Positions 20,204 to 28,733 are shown, counted from the first letter of the stretch. The stretch: 64,000 bases of DNA from an uncultured Clostridia bacterium (GCA_944332995.1 CALVKR010000002.1:191752-255751), one strand, 5' to 3'. Notes: generated by a model not told the origin, from the letters alone. Translations and numbers: made by a program.

Positions 20204-21463
20204 ATGGGAAATAACAAAGCAATAAAATGGATACTTGTTATACTTTTGGTAGCAATTTGCATAAGCTGTTTTATAATTGTCTGCACTGTCAATTTAAACT
20301 CTGCAAGCGGAACGAATGCGGAGGAAACGGTAACGGAGGAAAAACCGCCTATAACCGAGGAGCCTCTGCCCGATAAGACGGAGCCTGTCTATTCCGTATT
20401 TCCCCGAGATATAGCAACATACGACTCGGTGGGAGTCGGACATATCGGCGGAACCTTTTCCGATACGCTCATCGAAGTGTTCTCTCTCGGTCAATACTAT
20501 TTTTCTATAATTTCCACAGGCTCAACCGACTACGATTTTACCGAAAGCGGATTTGCGCTTGCAAAATCTACCGACACGTCCTTGCTGGATACGGCGACTT
20601 TCGGCAAAGGCGAATATGTCTGTTCCACCTTTACCGAAGGGAATATTGCCGTTGCCCTTAAATCGGACGGCGTGATAACACTTTTCTTTTTCGACACTTC
20701 TCTTTGCCTGTTATCCTCCTATTCTTTACAGCTCGACGACGCCGTTTTTTATTCGAGCTCGTCAATGCTGTTCGGAACGGCAAACGGCGAACTTTTCGTA
20801 TACGAAACCCTGCCTTCAAAAAGCACTTTGCTTTTTAAAGGCAGGGTAAACGAAAACGTGAAACTAAAACAGATATTTAAAACCAACAATTCCTTTTTGG
20901 TGATAATGTCGGGCGAAAACCTCACAGAGGTTTATTCATACGACACCTCGCTCACTTTGGTCAAAACCATAAACGACGACTACCTCGACTGCTGCATATC
21001 CACCGAGCGTTTTGCGATTTTTTGCACAAGCGGCACCCTATACGCTTTCGACCTCGAGTTTGAGCTCGTTTCAACGCAAAAACTCAAAGAGTGCGTATCG
21101 GCAAAGTTTATCCCTGTTTCGGGCGGCGTTATGCTCGTAACCACAAAAGGATACTATAACCTTTGCTCACACTTCGACAGCCTCAAATTTATGGCGTTTT
21201 CGCTCGAATATCAAAGCGTTGATTTTGCCGTCAAGACGGACGGAGGATATATTCTCGCACAAAGGGACAACCTTGTGGATATTATCCGTTTTACGAGCTT
21301 CGGAAGCTATAACACGCTATATACATTTACCGCCAAAAACACGTTTAAAAGAGTGTTTATAAAACAGAGCGCCTTTACGGTATTTCTGACAAACGCCACT
21401 ATAGACAATATCTTTAAAGACAACTTCGGCGAATCGGACGTATTTTGGCTGTGCCTTAAATAA
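20204..21463 (+). CDS. Hypothetical membrane-anchored protein; extracytoplasmic domain of unknown function
   Basis: 419 aa with an N-terminal TM (WILVILLVAICISCFIIVCTV). The remainder is beta-rich and has no motif I recognise. Confidence 0.5.
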   Translation: MGNNKAIKWILVILLVAICISCFIIVCTVNLNSASGTNAEETVTEEKPPITEEPLPDKTEPVYSVFPRDIATYDSVGVGHIGGTFSDTLIEVFSLGQYYFSIISTGSTDYDFTESGFALAKSTDTSLLDTATFGKGEYVCSTFTEGNIAVALKSDGVITLFFFDTSLCLLSSYSLQLDDAVFYSSSSMLFGTANGELFVYETLPSKSTLLFKGRVNENVKLKQIFKTNNSFLVIMSGENLTEVYSYDTSLTLVKTINDDYLDCCISTERFAIFCTSGTLYAFDLEFELVSTQKLKECVSAKFIPVSGGVMLVTTKGYYNLCSHFDSLKFMAFSLEYQSVDFAVKTDGGYILAQRDNLVDIIRFTSFGSYNTLYTFTAKNTFKRVFIKQSAFTVFLTNATIDNIFKDNFGESDVFWLCLK

Positions 21464-21603
21464 AAACACGAAAAGTTTAAACAGGTCGGATATTCGATTC
21501 GGTTTACTATTAGCTTAAGCCGAAATATTCCGTCTTGGCTATTTATTGCCCAACACGGCAAAATGCTGTTGAAATTGACGGCGGTATATGTTAAACTGTT
21601 TGT

Positions 21604-22008
21604 ATGGACCAACCGCAGTTTTCTCCGCCGCAAACGGAGACCAAACCCCAAACGCAAAAAGCACCCGCATCGCCTGTCGCGATTGTTTCGTTTGTATTAT
21701 CGCTTGTGGGCACGGTGTTTTTCATAATAGTCATAGCGCTTATTATATCGAGAACGCAAGGTAAAAATCTTTTCAGCTCTATAAACACTTTTGAAAAATA
21801 TATCGCCGTCATGTTCTCGCTTTTTTTGGTGTCGTTTTTCTGTTTTTTGGCGTCGCTCATTACAGGAGCCGTCTCGCTTAAGACGGAATCCAAACTCGGA
21901 TTTGCCGGTCTTATCATATCGGCGATAGAAGTTATTCCGTCAATTATATTTTCCATGGCGTGCGGACTTACGCAATCGATAACAAGTTTAGGTACGGTAA
22001 TGTTATGA
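21604..22008 (+). CDS. Small multi-pass membrane protein (DUF4190-like), hypothetical
   Basis: 134 aa. P/Q/T-rich N-terminus followed by 3-4 TM helices. Its stop overlaps the lgt ATG (ATGA). Confidence 0.55.
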   Translation: MDQPQFSPPQTETKPQTQKAPASPVAIVSFVLSLVGTVFFIIVIALIISRTQGKNLFSSINTFEKYIAVMFSLFLVSFFCFLASLITGAVSLKTESKLGFAGLIISAIEVIPSIIFSMACGLTQSITSLGTVML

Positions 22009-22862
22009 AACCATTTTTATTCGGAGTTATTCCCGCATACGGATTTTTTATTTTTATAGGAGCGGCTTTAGGCGTCTTGCTCGCTACGTTTCGCCGTCGC
22101 CATGACGGAATATCAAACAAAGAGGTTTTCTTTACAGGCGTCATATCTTTAACGATAGGTCTTATAGGCGCAAAGCTGTTTTACATTTTCGGGACGCTTC
22201 CCAAAGTTATTTCGGGAGATATGCCGTGGATTGCCCTTTTTGAATCCGGATTTATGTTTTACGGCGGTCTTATATTCGGAATTTTGGGCGCACTGCTTTG
22301 CGCCTACATTTTCAATATTCCGATAAAGCGTCTTTTTGACGCTCTCTCATTCGGCGTTCCCATAGGACAGGCTTTCGGCAGAATAGGCTGTTTCTGCGCC
22401 GGCTGTTGTTTCGGAATTCCCACCGATTCGGCAATAGGCGTCGTGTTTACCCACCCTCTCGCCTCCACCACTCCCGTGGGCGTTCCGCTCGTTCCCACTC
22501 AGCTGATTGAATCGGCAAGCTGTTTTCTGATTGCCGTCATAATGCTCGTCGTATTTTCCAAAAAGAGAAGGGACGGAGCGGCTTTCTGGACGTATATAGT
22601 GCTTTACGCAGTCACCCGTTTTATAATAGAATTTTTCAGAGGCGACGCCGAAAGAGGTATGATTGGGGCGCTTTCCTCGTCGCAATTCGTCGCAGTGCTG
22701 TTTTTGTCGGCGTTTGTCGTCTATCTTATCGTCCGCAAAATCGTAAAGGCAAAGATAGGCAAAAACGACTCCTTCCTCGAGGCCAAAGGAGTTATTTATA
22801 AACTTCCGAAATGCGCAAAATGGAACATAATGAAATTTGACCAATATGCAAATTTAAAATAA
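22005..22862 (+). CDS. lgt: Prolipoprotein diacylglyceryl transferase
   Basis: MKPFLFGVIPAYGFFIFIGAALG N-terminus, GRIGCFCAGCCFG motif, multi-TM. The ATG at 22005 is preferred over the upstream extension in the ORF track (21960). Confidence 0.85.
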   Translation: MKPFLFGVIPAYGFFIFIGAALGVLLATFRRRHDGISNKEVFFTGVISLTIGLIGAKLFYIFGTLPKVISGDMPWIALFESGFMFYGGLIFGILGALLCAYIFNIPIKRLFDALSFGVPIGQAFGRIGCFCAGCCFGIPTDSAIGVVFTHPLASTTPVGVPLVPTQLIESASCFLIAVIMLVVFSKKRRDGAAFWTYIVLYAVTRFIIEFFRGDAERGMIGALSSSQFVAVLFLSAFVVYLIVRKIVKAKIGKNDSFLEAKGVIYKLPKCAKWNIMKFDQYANLK

Positions 22863-22892
22863 AAAACCGACTGAGTTCAGTCGGTTTATTTT
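22862..22892. terminator. Bidirectional rho-independent terminator between convergent lgt and the protease gene
   Basis: 8-bp stem ACCGACTG/CAGTCGGT with loop AGTT, flanked by an A-run upstream and a T-run downstream. Confidence 0.75.
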
Positions 22893-23060
22893 AGCCTGAT
22901 TTTGCGATATGTTTTGCAATGCGTTATAAAATTTATGTATTCGTTTAAGCCTTATCTTTCTCGCTTTAGCCGTATCGCAGATATCTAATTTCGCTTTTTT
23001 ATCTTAAAAGAGGTTTTAAATAGCTTTGGCGACTTTAGTTAAAATAATCCCCTTTTGGTT

Positions 23061-23873
23061 TTACTCTGCAATTTCCTCTTTTGCTCTTTCCAAAAATTCC
23101 TTGACTGCTTCAAGCGGAATGGCGTAGTTTATACCCAACTTGCCGGAGTCTGCCACAACGACGCCCACGACCTTTCCGTCGTCGCCAATCAAAGGACCGC
23201 CGCTGTTGCCGGGCAGAGTGTTGGCTGTGATTACTATAAACTCCTCGTCGTTCACCTTTCTGAGTTCGTCGGATACAAGACCGTCGATAATGCAAAGCCC
23301 TTTACCTGCGCTGTTGCCGATGGCGTAGATATGCTCGCCTGTCCTCACCGCTTTATCAGAAAATTCGGCAGGTTTTAAATTTTCGGCTTCGATTTTAAGC
23401 AATGCCAAATCCTTTTTCGGGTCGGCGGTAACAAATTCAAGCGTATACATTTGCGATTGCTTATAAAACTTACAATATATGAAATTGGATATATTTTCTA
23501 TCTTTTTATCCGCCGATACCTTGCCCACGCAATGCAAATTTGTAAGAACGTATCCGTCCATACATATAAAACCGCTACCCGTCGAGATTTCGTCGCCGTA
23601 AGTAGCGCCCACGGTAACGACGCTGTCTCTGTTTTTGTCGAACACGTTTAAGTTTTCTTCTTTCTCAATTTCCACAACCGCCTTAGCCTTTTTAACCGCA
23701 GTTTTGGGTGCGTTTTTAAGATTAAAAACTCTCAGCTTAGATTCGCTGTTAAATTCCCCGAAACAGCTGCGGCATTGATAGCCGTAAAAAGTGTTGCCGT
23801 CCTTTTCGTATTCGACAAGCTCTACGATTTCCTCGCTTCCGCAAATTTCGCATTTATCGCATTTAAAAACCAT
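23061..23873 (-). CDS. Zn-ribbon + trypsin-like (S1/Trypsin_2) serine protease; last gene of the candidate system
   Basis: 270 aa. N-terminal CxxC...CxxC (KCDKCEICGS...YQCRSCFG). Catalytic triad candidates are LTNLHCV (His), KKDLALLKI (Asp) and GNSGGPL (Ser). No PDZ domain and no signal peptide. Confidence 0.8.
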   Translation of the reverse strand: MVFKCDKCEICGSEEIVELVEYEKDGNTFYGYQCRSCFGEFNSESKLRVFNLKNAPKTAVKKAKAVVEIEKEENLNVFDKNRDSVVTVGATYGDEISTGSGFICMDGYVLTNLHCVGKVSADKKIENISNFIYCKFYKQSQMYTLEFVTADPKKDLALLKIEAENLKPAEFSDKAVRTGEHIYAIGNSAGKGLCIIDGLVSDELRKVNDEEFIVITANTLPGNSGGPLIGDDGKVVGVVVADSGKLGINYAIPLEAVKEFLERAKEEIAE

Positions 23874-23881
23874 AACTCCTC

Positions 23882-25033
23882 CTACTCGGCAATTTCTTCG
23901 CCGTTTCTGTAAGCCTCGAACTTGGCGAGCTCTTCCTCGGTTATTACGTTTCTCGTAGTCTTAATAGCTTTTTCAAGGTCTTTAAGCGTTATATTTTCCG
24001 CTTTTCCGCTCTTGACCGCTCTCTTATATGCTTCGAGCTTTACTTTTTCGCATATGGCGGTTATATCGCCTCCACCGAATCCCTTAAGCGACACGGCAAA
24101 CGCTTTTAAATCGACATCGTCGTCTTTAGGAAGATTTTTGAGCGCCTTGTTTACCATAAACTCGCGGGCGCCCTCGTCGGGCAGACCGACGTATATTTGT
24201 GTGTCGAAACGGCCGCCTCTGACCATTGCGCTGTCGATGACCCACGGACGGTTGGTAGCGGATATCAAAAGCAGCATTTTGTTTGTCTTAGACTTTTTAA
24301 AGCCGTCTACCTTGGTCAGAAAAGTAGCGACAAATCTTGCCATTTCTGCGTCGACGCCGCCCGAGCTATCCCCTCTTTTTGAAGCGACGGAATCGAATTC
24401 GTCGAAAAAGATTATTGCTCTTTCGTTTTTCTGCGCAGTTTCAAACAGAGCGTCAAGCTGCTTGGAGCTGTCGCCCATATATTTAGAAATGAGGTCCTGA
24501 CAGTTTACTGCAAAAAACTTTGCGTCAACCTCACCTGCTATCGCCCTTGCAATAAATGTTTTACCTGTTCCGGGAGGTCCGTAAAGCATTATCTTTCCGC
24601 CCGGTTTTATATTGTAGAGTTTGGCAAGTTCGGGATTCCCCAGAGGCGCCAACACCTTGAAACGTATCTGATCTTTTACGTCCTCGAGCCCTGCCACGTC
24701 TGCAAAGGTAACTTTGTTTTCATCGGTATCGACAGGCTGAAAGGTAGGCATTTCGTCGTCCTTTTTCTGCGCCTGTTTATTCTGTTCCGCGTCGGCTGTC
24801 CTGATGGGTTTTTTGCCGGAACAATGACTTCTTACAAAGTCGAGAATTTTTGAAGCAAGTTTATGATACTCGATTTTTACGTCGTTCGTAGTCGCTGTCG
24901 TCGATATATCGTCGGCAAGTTCAGCCGCTCTCAAAAATGCGTCTCTTGCTCCTAAAATATCACCGGCACCGTAAAGTTCTTTGCCCGTTGCGTAAAAACT
25001 TTTATATGCTTCCACTTTAGCCGAATTGTTCAT
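23882..25033 (-). CDS. AAA+ ATPase of the classical (Vps4/katanin/FtsH-like) clade with an MIT-like three-helix N-terminus
   Basis: 383 aa. Walker A GPPGTGKT, Walker B IIFFDEFD, second region of homology SATNRPWVIDSAMVRGGRFD. The first 80 or so aa are helical and MIT/TPR-like (GDILGARDAFLRAAELADDI). Confidence 0.8.
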   Translation of the reverse strand: MNNSAKVEAYKSFYATGKELYGAGDILGARDAFLRAAELADDISTTATTNDVKIEYHKLASKILDFVRSHCSGKKPIRTADAEQNKQAQKKDDEMPTFQPVDTDENKVTFADVAGLEDVKDQIRFKVLAPLGNPELAKLYNIKPGGKIMLYGPPGTGKTFIARAIAGEVDAKFFAVNCQDLISKYMGDSSKQLDALFETAQKNERAIIFFDEFDSVASKRGDSSGGVDAEMARFVATFLTKVDGFKKSKTNKMLLLISATNRPWVIDSAMVRGGRFDTQIYVGLPDEGAREFMVNKALKNLPKDDDVDLKAFAVSLKGFGGGDITAICEKVKLEAYKRAVKSGKAENITLKDLEKAIKTTRNVITEEELAKFEAYRNGEEIAE

Positions 25034-25149
25034 ATTCTTTCCCTCACCTTGTAGAGTTTATCGCCTGTGCGATAAGTGTTAAATTATCTGATTTGAATAA
25101 GGAGTTTTTTAGTTCTTGCCTATATTTTGCGTCTTGTATGGGACGCCGC

Positions 25150-27951
25150 CTATCTTTTGAGCTTTAAACCTCTCGAGTTAAAATAATCGTCGATATCGAA
25201 ATGGTCGTCAAATTCAAACTCGTATCGCTCGTCGTCATCGTCGTCACGGTCGAGCCTTTTTTCGTTGAACTCAAAAATGTTTTCATACCTCGTTATTGCG
25301 GAAGGAAATATAACGAGCGCCAAAACGACAGCCATGAAAAATCCCACTGCGCTCGTGCCGCTTTCGCTTGCACGTATAATCTGCATTCTCGCATTTTTTA
25401 CACCGCCGAATTTTTCGTTTTTATATTGCTCGTTGACAACGTTAAGTTTATAATCTCTATACTTTTTAATCCTGAATCTTAACACGACCAAGGATATAAT
25501 AGACAAAACGGCAAATACGAGCATGAGCACGAAAGTTACGAATGCTCCGCCCAAAAATTTGTTTTGGGTTTCCGCCACTATCGTTACCACAAAACAGGCA
25601 ACAAACGCCATAAACAGCAACGTCGCCGTCAGTACGTAAGGAGCAATCGAAACCTTTTGCTTTTGCGATTCGTTTTTCGCTCTAGCCTCGTCCCACTTTT
25701 TTTGCACTTTATACAACGTCGAGCCCTTTTCAACGCCCGTGCCGTTAAGCGGAGGATTGTTATCTTTTCTGTTTTGCCCTTGATTTTGAGCCTGATAATT
25801 TTTAGCGTTTTTTACGATACGCATGCAATTTTGCGTTTGTCTGTCGTCTGCCACCGCAAGAAAGTTTACAAACTCGGGCATTGCGGATATATCCGCTCCG
25901 CTTCTCTCCAGCTCGCTGTCCGTGGAGGCTTTTGCCTTTGCCATGATAAGTTGCCAGAACACGTTCGGGTTTTCTTTATCGTATTCAAGCCTGAGTTTGA
26001 GATAATACACGGCAGAATCGAAAAATCCTGCTTTCATACAGGCGTCCGTCATTGCCGTTAGCTGTCCGTCGATTTCGCTTACGTCGGAGGGATAATATCT
26101 TATGACGTGATTGAAAGTTTCAACACAATTAGCCGTGACAGGCGCACTGTAAAGTGCGTCGAGGACGGCGGTTATCTCCCTTTGCTGCCCGACCTTGTCG
26201 AGAGATATCAAAAGCGCCTCGAACTCGTCGAATTTAAAACGGTTCGGCAATGCGATATCCCGGTCATATCTGACCTCGGACGGAGATATCGGGCTAAGCG
26301 ACGTTGTCCTGATAATTCCTCTTAATGCGTCGGTATAGCCTGCGTCGATTTTTAAAACTCTCGAAAAATACATCTTCGCAACGGAATACTGCTTTTTATA
26401 AAGCGCCGCCACGGCAAACTCGTATAAGTATCTAATGTGCAAATCGACGTCCGAGGAATCGACTGCGCATATAACTTTTTCAAATAGAGAAGGCGAAACC
26501 TTCATCGACACCGCTTTCATTATTTTTTCTACGTTTGCTTTTGAGTTTTCGTAAGAATACGGCAATATGGCATCAAGAAGCGAAAGTGCGTCCTTTTCGT
26601 TTACCTCGACAAGGTTTGCCGCCAAACCGTAAAAGATGTCGAGAGCGGAAACGGCAAAGTCCTTGCTTGCCTTCGATATAATTTCGTCCGCCATATCCGA
26701 TTCGGGAAACGCTTCCGACTTTATAAAATCGGAAACGCTCATACAGCGACGGTTGACAAACAGTTTATACATAAGTGCTTCCGCACTGTCAGGATTTGCC
26801 TTTAAAATCGAATCGAGCAAAGCTGACGCCTCGTCAAACAATCCGTTTTGCGCCATCGTCTTGACGACGGCAAGCTGTTTTTTCTCGGAAAGCGATAAAT
26901 CTATTCCTTTAAGATTGAGGCTTTTTTGCTCAAGCTGTTTTGTCGCAACCTCTTTCGCCCTTTTTAACACTCTGCCGGATTTAAGGCTGATTTTTTCAAT
27001 GCCGTTGCCTTCGGTGGAAGTCGTTTCCTCAAACACCTTTTCTATGTGCCTTAAAAGGTCGCCGAGAAAGGTTTTTTTGGAGCCGTCGAGGCATTGCCTG
27101 TTTTTAAGAGATGACGGCAAAAGGCTCGGGTCGAAATTTTCATATACCACAACAAGGCTTGCCGAATGTTTTTCACCCTCTGCCAACAGTTTGGCATAAC
27201 GGCGCCATTCGTTTTTCACCCACGCCGACGTGACGTAATCGGGATTTTGAGCGTAAACTATCATAACTCTCGCCGTTTTGATAGCGTTAAAAATATAAGG
27301 CTCGTATTGCTCGGCAATCTTATCTCTTAAACTTTCTCTCGAAAAGAATACTCTGTATCCTGCCTGAGTGAGGTATGTATAAAGATTCTGAGCCTCATAG
27401 CTGTCTTTGGTGCGCTCTATTCCCTTTTCCGAGTCGCTGTCTTTGTAACATATGAAAATATCGTAAGGTTTTTCCTTGCTCGCTTTAAAAAGCCATTCCG
27501 TGCGGATTTTTTCTATCTTTTCGCCCAAGCGGACGTAATTATCTTTAACCTCGCCGACGCTGTGCTCGATTGCGGCAAGATAATCTTTGTCCTGCAAAAA
27601 TGACGATTCGCTTATCCTGTGACAGGTGGGAACTTTTTTCGAGTCGACGTCGTCGACAAACAAAACTCCCGCCCTTGCCAAAGCCCTGCCCCAATAAGCC
27701 TCGTGGCAGTCGCTGTCGGCGGATATAACTCGGCTGAAAGATTCCTCGGCTTCTTCAAATTCGCCTTTTCTGAGGTCGTCGAAAGCGTTATACAGTATGA
27801 CCTCGTTTTGCGATTTTGCCGTCCTGCTTTCATATTTTGCGCCGCATGCAAGACACTCCAAAACGACCCCGTCGTCACGAAGGGGACCGCCGCATATTTT
27901 ACAAATAAGTTGTGTAAGTGTGTCTTTTTCCATATTCAATCGTTTAGGCAA
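25150..27951 (-). CDS. Zn-ribbon - TIR domain - helical (TPR-like) repeats - 3 TM - acidic tail protein
   Basis: 933 aa. CKICGG...CLACGAKY at the N-terminus. TIR-like block at aa ~161-300 (YDIFICYKDSD...GYRVFFSRESL...ARVMIVYAQNPDYVTSAWVKNEW). Three C-terminal TM helices, then the tail DRDDDDDERYEFEFDD. An alternative ATG start lies at 27933. Confidence 0.75.
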   Translation of the reverse strand: MPKRLNMEKDTLTQLICKICGGPLRDDGVVLECLACGAKYESRTAKSQNEVILYNAFDDLRKGEFEEAEESFSRVISADSDCHEAYWGRALARAGVLFVDDVDSKKVPTCHRISESSFLQDKDYLAAIEHSVGEVKDNYVRLGEKIEKIRTEWLFKASKEKPYDIFICYKDSDSEKGIERTKDSYEAQNLYTYLTQAGYRVFFSRESLRDKIAEQYEPYIFNAIKTARVMIVYAQNPDYVTSAWVKNEWRRYAKLLAEGEKHSASLVVVYENFDPSLLPSSLKNRQCLDGSKKTFLGDLLRHIEKVFEETTSTEGNGIEKISLKSGRVLKRAKEVATKQLEQKSLNLKGIDLSLSEKKQLAVVKTMAQNGLFDEASALLDSILKANPDSAEALMYKLFVNRRCMSVSDFIKSEAFPESDMADEIISKASKDFAVSALDIFYGLAANLVEVNEKDALSLLDAILPYSYENSKANVEKIMKAVSMKVSPSLFEKVICAVDSSDVDLHIRYLYEFAVAALYKKQYSVAKMYFSRVLKIDAGYTDALRGIIRTTSLSPISPSEVRYDRDIALPNRFKFDEFEALLISLDKVGQQREITAVLDALYSAPVTANCVETFNHVIRYYPSDVSEIDGQLTAMTDACMKAGFFDSAVYYLKLRLEYDKENPNVFWQLIMAKAKASTDSELERSGADISAMPEFVNFLAVADDRQTQNCMRIVKNAKNYQAQNQGQNRKDNNPPLNGTGVEKGSTLYKVQKKWDEARAKNESQKQKVSIAPYVLTATLLFMAFVACFVVTIVAETQNKFLGGAFVTFVLMLVFAVLSIISLVVLRFRIKKYRDYKLNVVNEQYKNEKFGGVKNARMQIIRASESGTSAVGFFMAVVLALVIFPSAITRYENIFEFNEKRLDRDDDDDERYEFEFDDHFDIDDYFNSRGLKLKR

Positions 27952-28060
27952 CAGCCGACGGCAAAGCCTTATAAACGTAGCCGTTTATCAAATCGGAAAT
28001 AAAGCAAGCGTTCCCGTCGCATACGACGTCAAATAAACCCACTTTAAAACTCCGAGCTTA

Positions 28061-28111
28061 AAACTTTCCGCTCCCCCGCCCGCTACCCGTCTGGGCAGAC
28101 GGACGGAAAGC
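28061..28111 (-). terminator. Candidate compound hairpin / terminator between the Snf7-like gene and the TIR gene
   Basis: GC-rich nested stems: CTTTCCG...CGGAAAG enclosing CCGTCT-GGGC-AGACGG. TTTT follows on the minus strand. Confidence 0.4.
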
Positions 28112-28120
28112 GAATTGTTA

Positions 28121-28717
28121 TCAGTCTAAAATTTTGTTTTTCTCTTTTGCTATCTCGTCCGCAAGGCTCATACCCGTGCTCTTGGGTGCGTTTGGCAAAG
28201 CCGCTCCGCTGAGTTTCGCTCTTGCGGCGTCTATCATGGGACGGACTGCCGATATCTCGTCGTTGCTTCTTGCCCTGTTGGCAGGATTGGACGACTTCAT
28301 GGCGCCCGCCATAGCCTTTTGAGAAATTTTTATGTTTCTCATATACTTGCTGATTTTGATGTTCGCCTTTTGAATTTTCTTGATATCCGGCATTTTGGCT
28401 TTATTGCCCGCCATTTTGTCGAGAGCGTTGATAGCCATTGCCATATTCTGAGCGATAGCGTTTGAAACGTTTATTATATCAAAATTCGCCTTTGTCTGCG
28501 TGAGCGAGCTGATAACGTCGTTAAGTTCGATAAGAGCGTTTACCGCCACGTCGTAGCTGCCCATATCGCCGTTTATTTCCGCCTGAGCGGCAATGTTGGC
28601 ATATTCCTGTCTTTTGGCGGTGAGCTCGTTTATCTGGTCGTTAAAAATCTGCATTTGCTCGTCGCGTTCCATTTGCGCTATAATTTCTTTTTCTTGTTTG
28701 GTTTTGTAGAAAGCCAT
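28121..28717 (-). CDS. ESCRT-III superfamily-like (Snf7/PspA-like) all-helical protein, candidate
   Basis: 198 aa, predicted long helical hairpin. The segment NFDIINVSNAIAQNMAMAINALDKMAGNKAKMPDIKKIQKANIKISKYM resembles the Snf7 alpha2-alpha4 core. The C-terminal LADEIAKEKNKIL is MIM-like. GGAGG RBS. Confidence 0.45.
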   Translation of the reverse strand: MAFYKTKQEKEIIAQMERDEQMQIFNDQINELTAKRQEYANIAAQAEINGDMGSYDVAVNALIELNDVISSLTQTKANFDIINVSNAIAQNMAMAINALDKMAGNKAKMPDIKKIQKANIKISKYMRNIKISQKAMAGAMKSSNPANRARSNDEISAVRPMIDAARAKLSGAALPNAPKSTGMSLADEIAKEKNKILD

Positions 28718-28733
28718 AAAATGTTTCCCTCCT

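Noticed and set aside
21591-21956. Minus-strand 121-aa ORF overlapping the plus-strand 134-aa membrane protein ORF.
   Set aside because: The plus-strand ORF has coherent TM helices, matches the orientation of its neighbours and is ATGA-coupled to lgt. The minus ORF has no start context and appears to be its shadow.
21960-22004. N-terminal extensions suggested by the ORF track. Affected genes: lgt (21960), the response regulator (32857), ruvC (57000), the TIM-barrel gene (62278), parE (17743), secF (47112) and the AlkD-like gene (35914).
   Set aside because: In each case an internal ATG is preceded by a good Shine-Dalgarno sequence and matches the conserved family N-terminus (for example MRILGIDPG for RuvC and MRVLLIED for the regulator). 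The extensions use non-ATG starts or lack an RBS.
23882-25033. Interpreting the AAA+ gene simply as sporulation ATPase SpoVK or as an FtsH fragment.
   Set aside because: This is not fully excluded. However, the protein lacks the FtsH TM and protease domains, and its motif style (classical clade with second region of homology) and MIT-like N-terminus fit Vps4-type better than the CbxX/SpoVK type. It is kept as a finding with this alternative stated.
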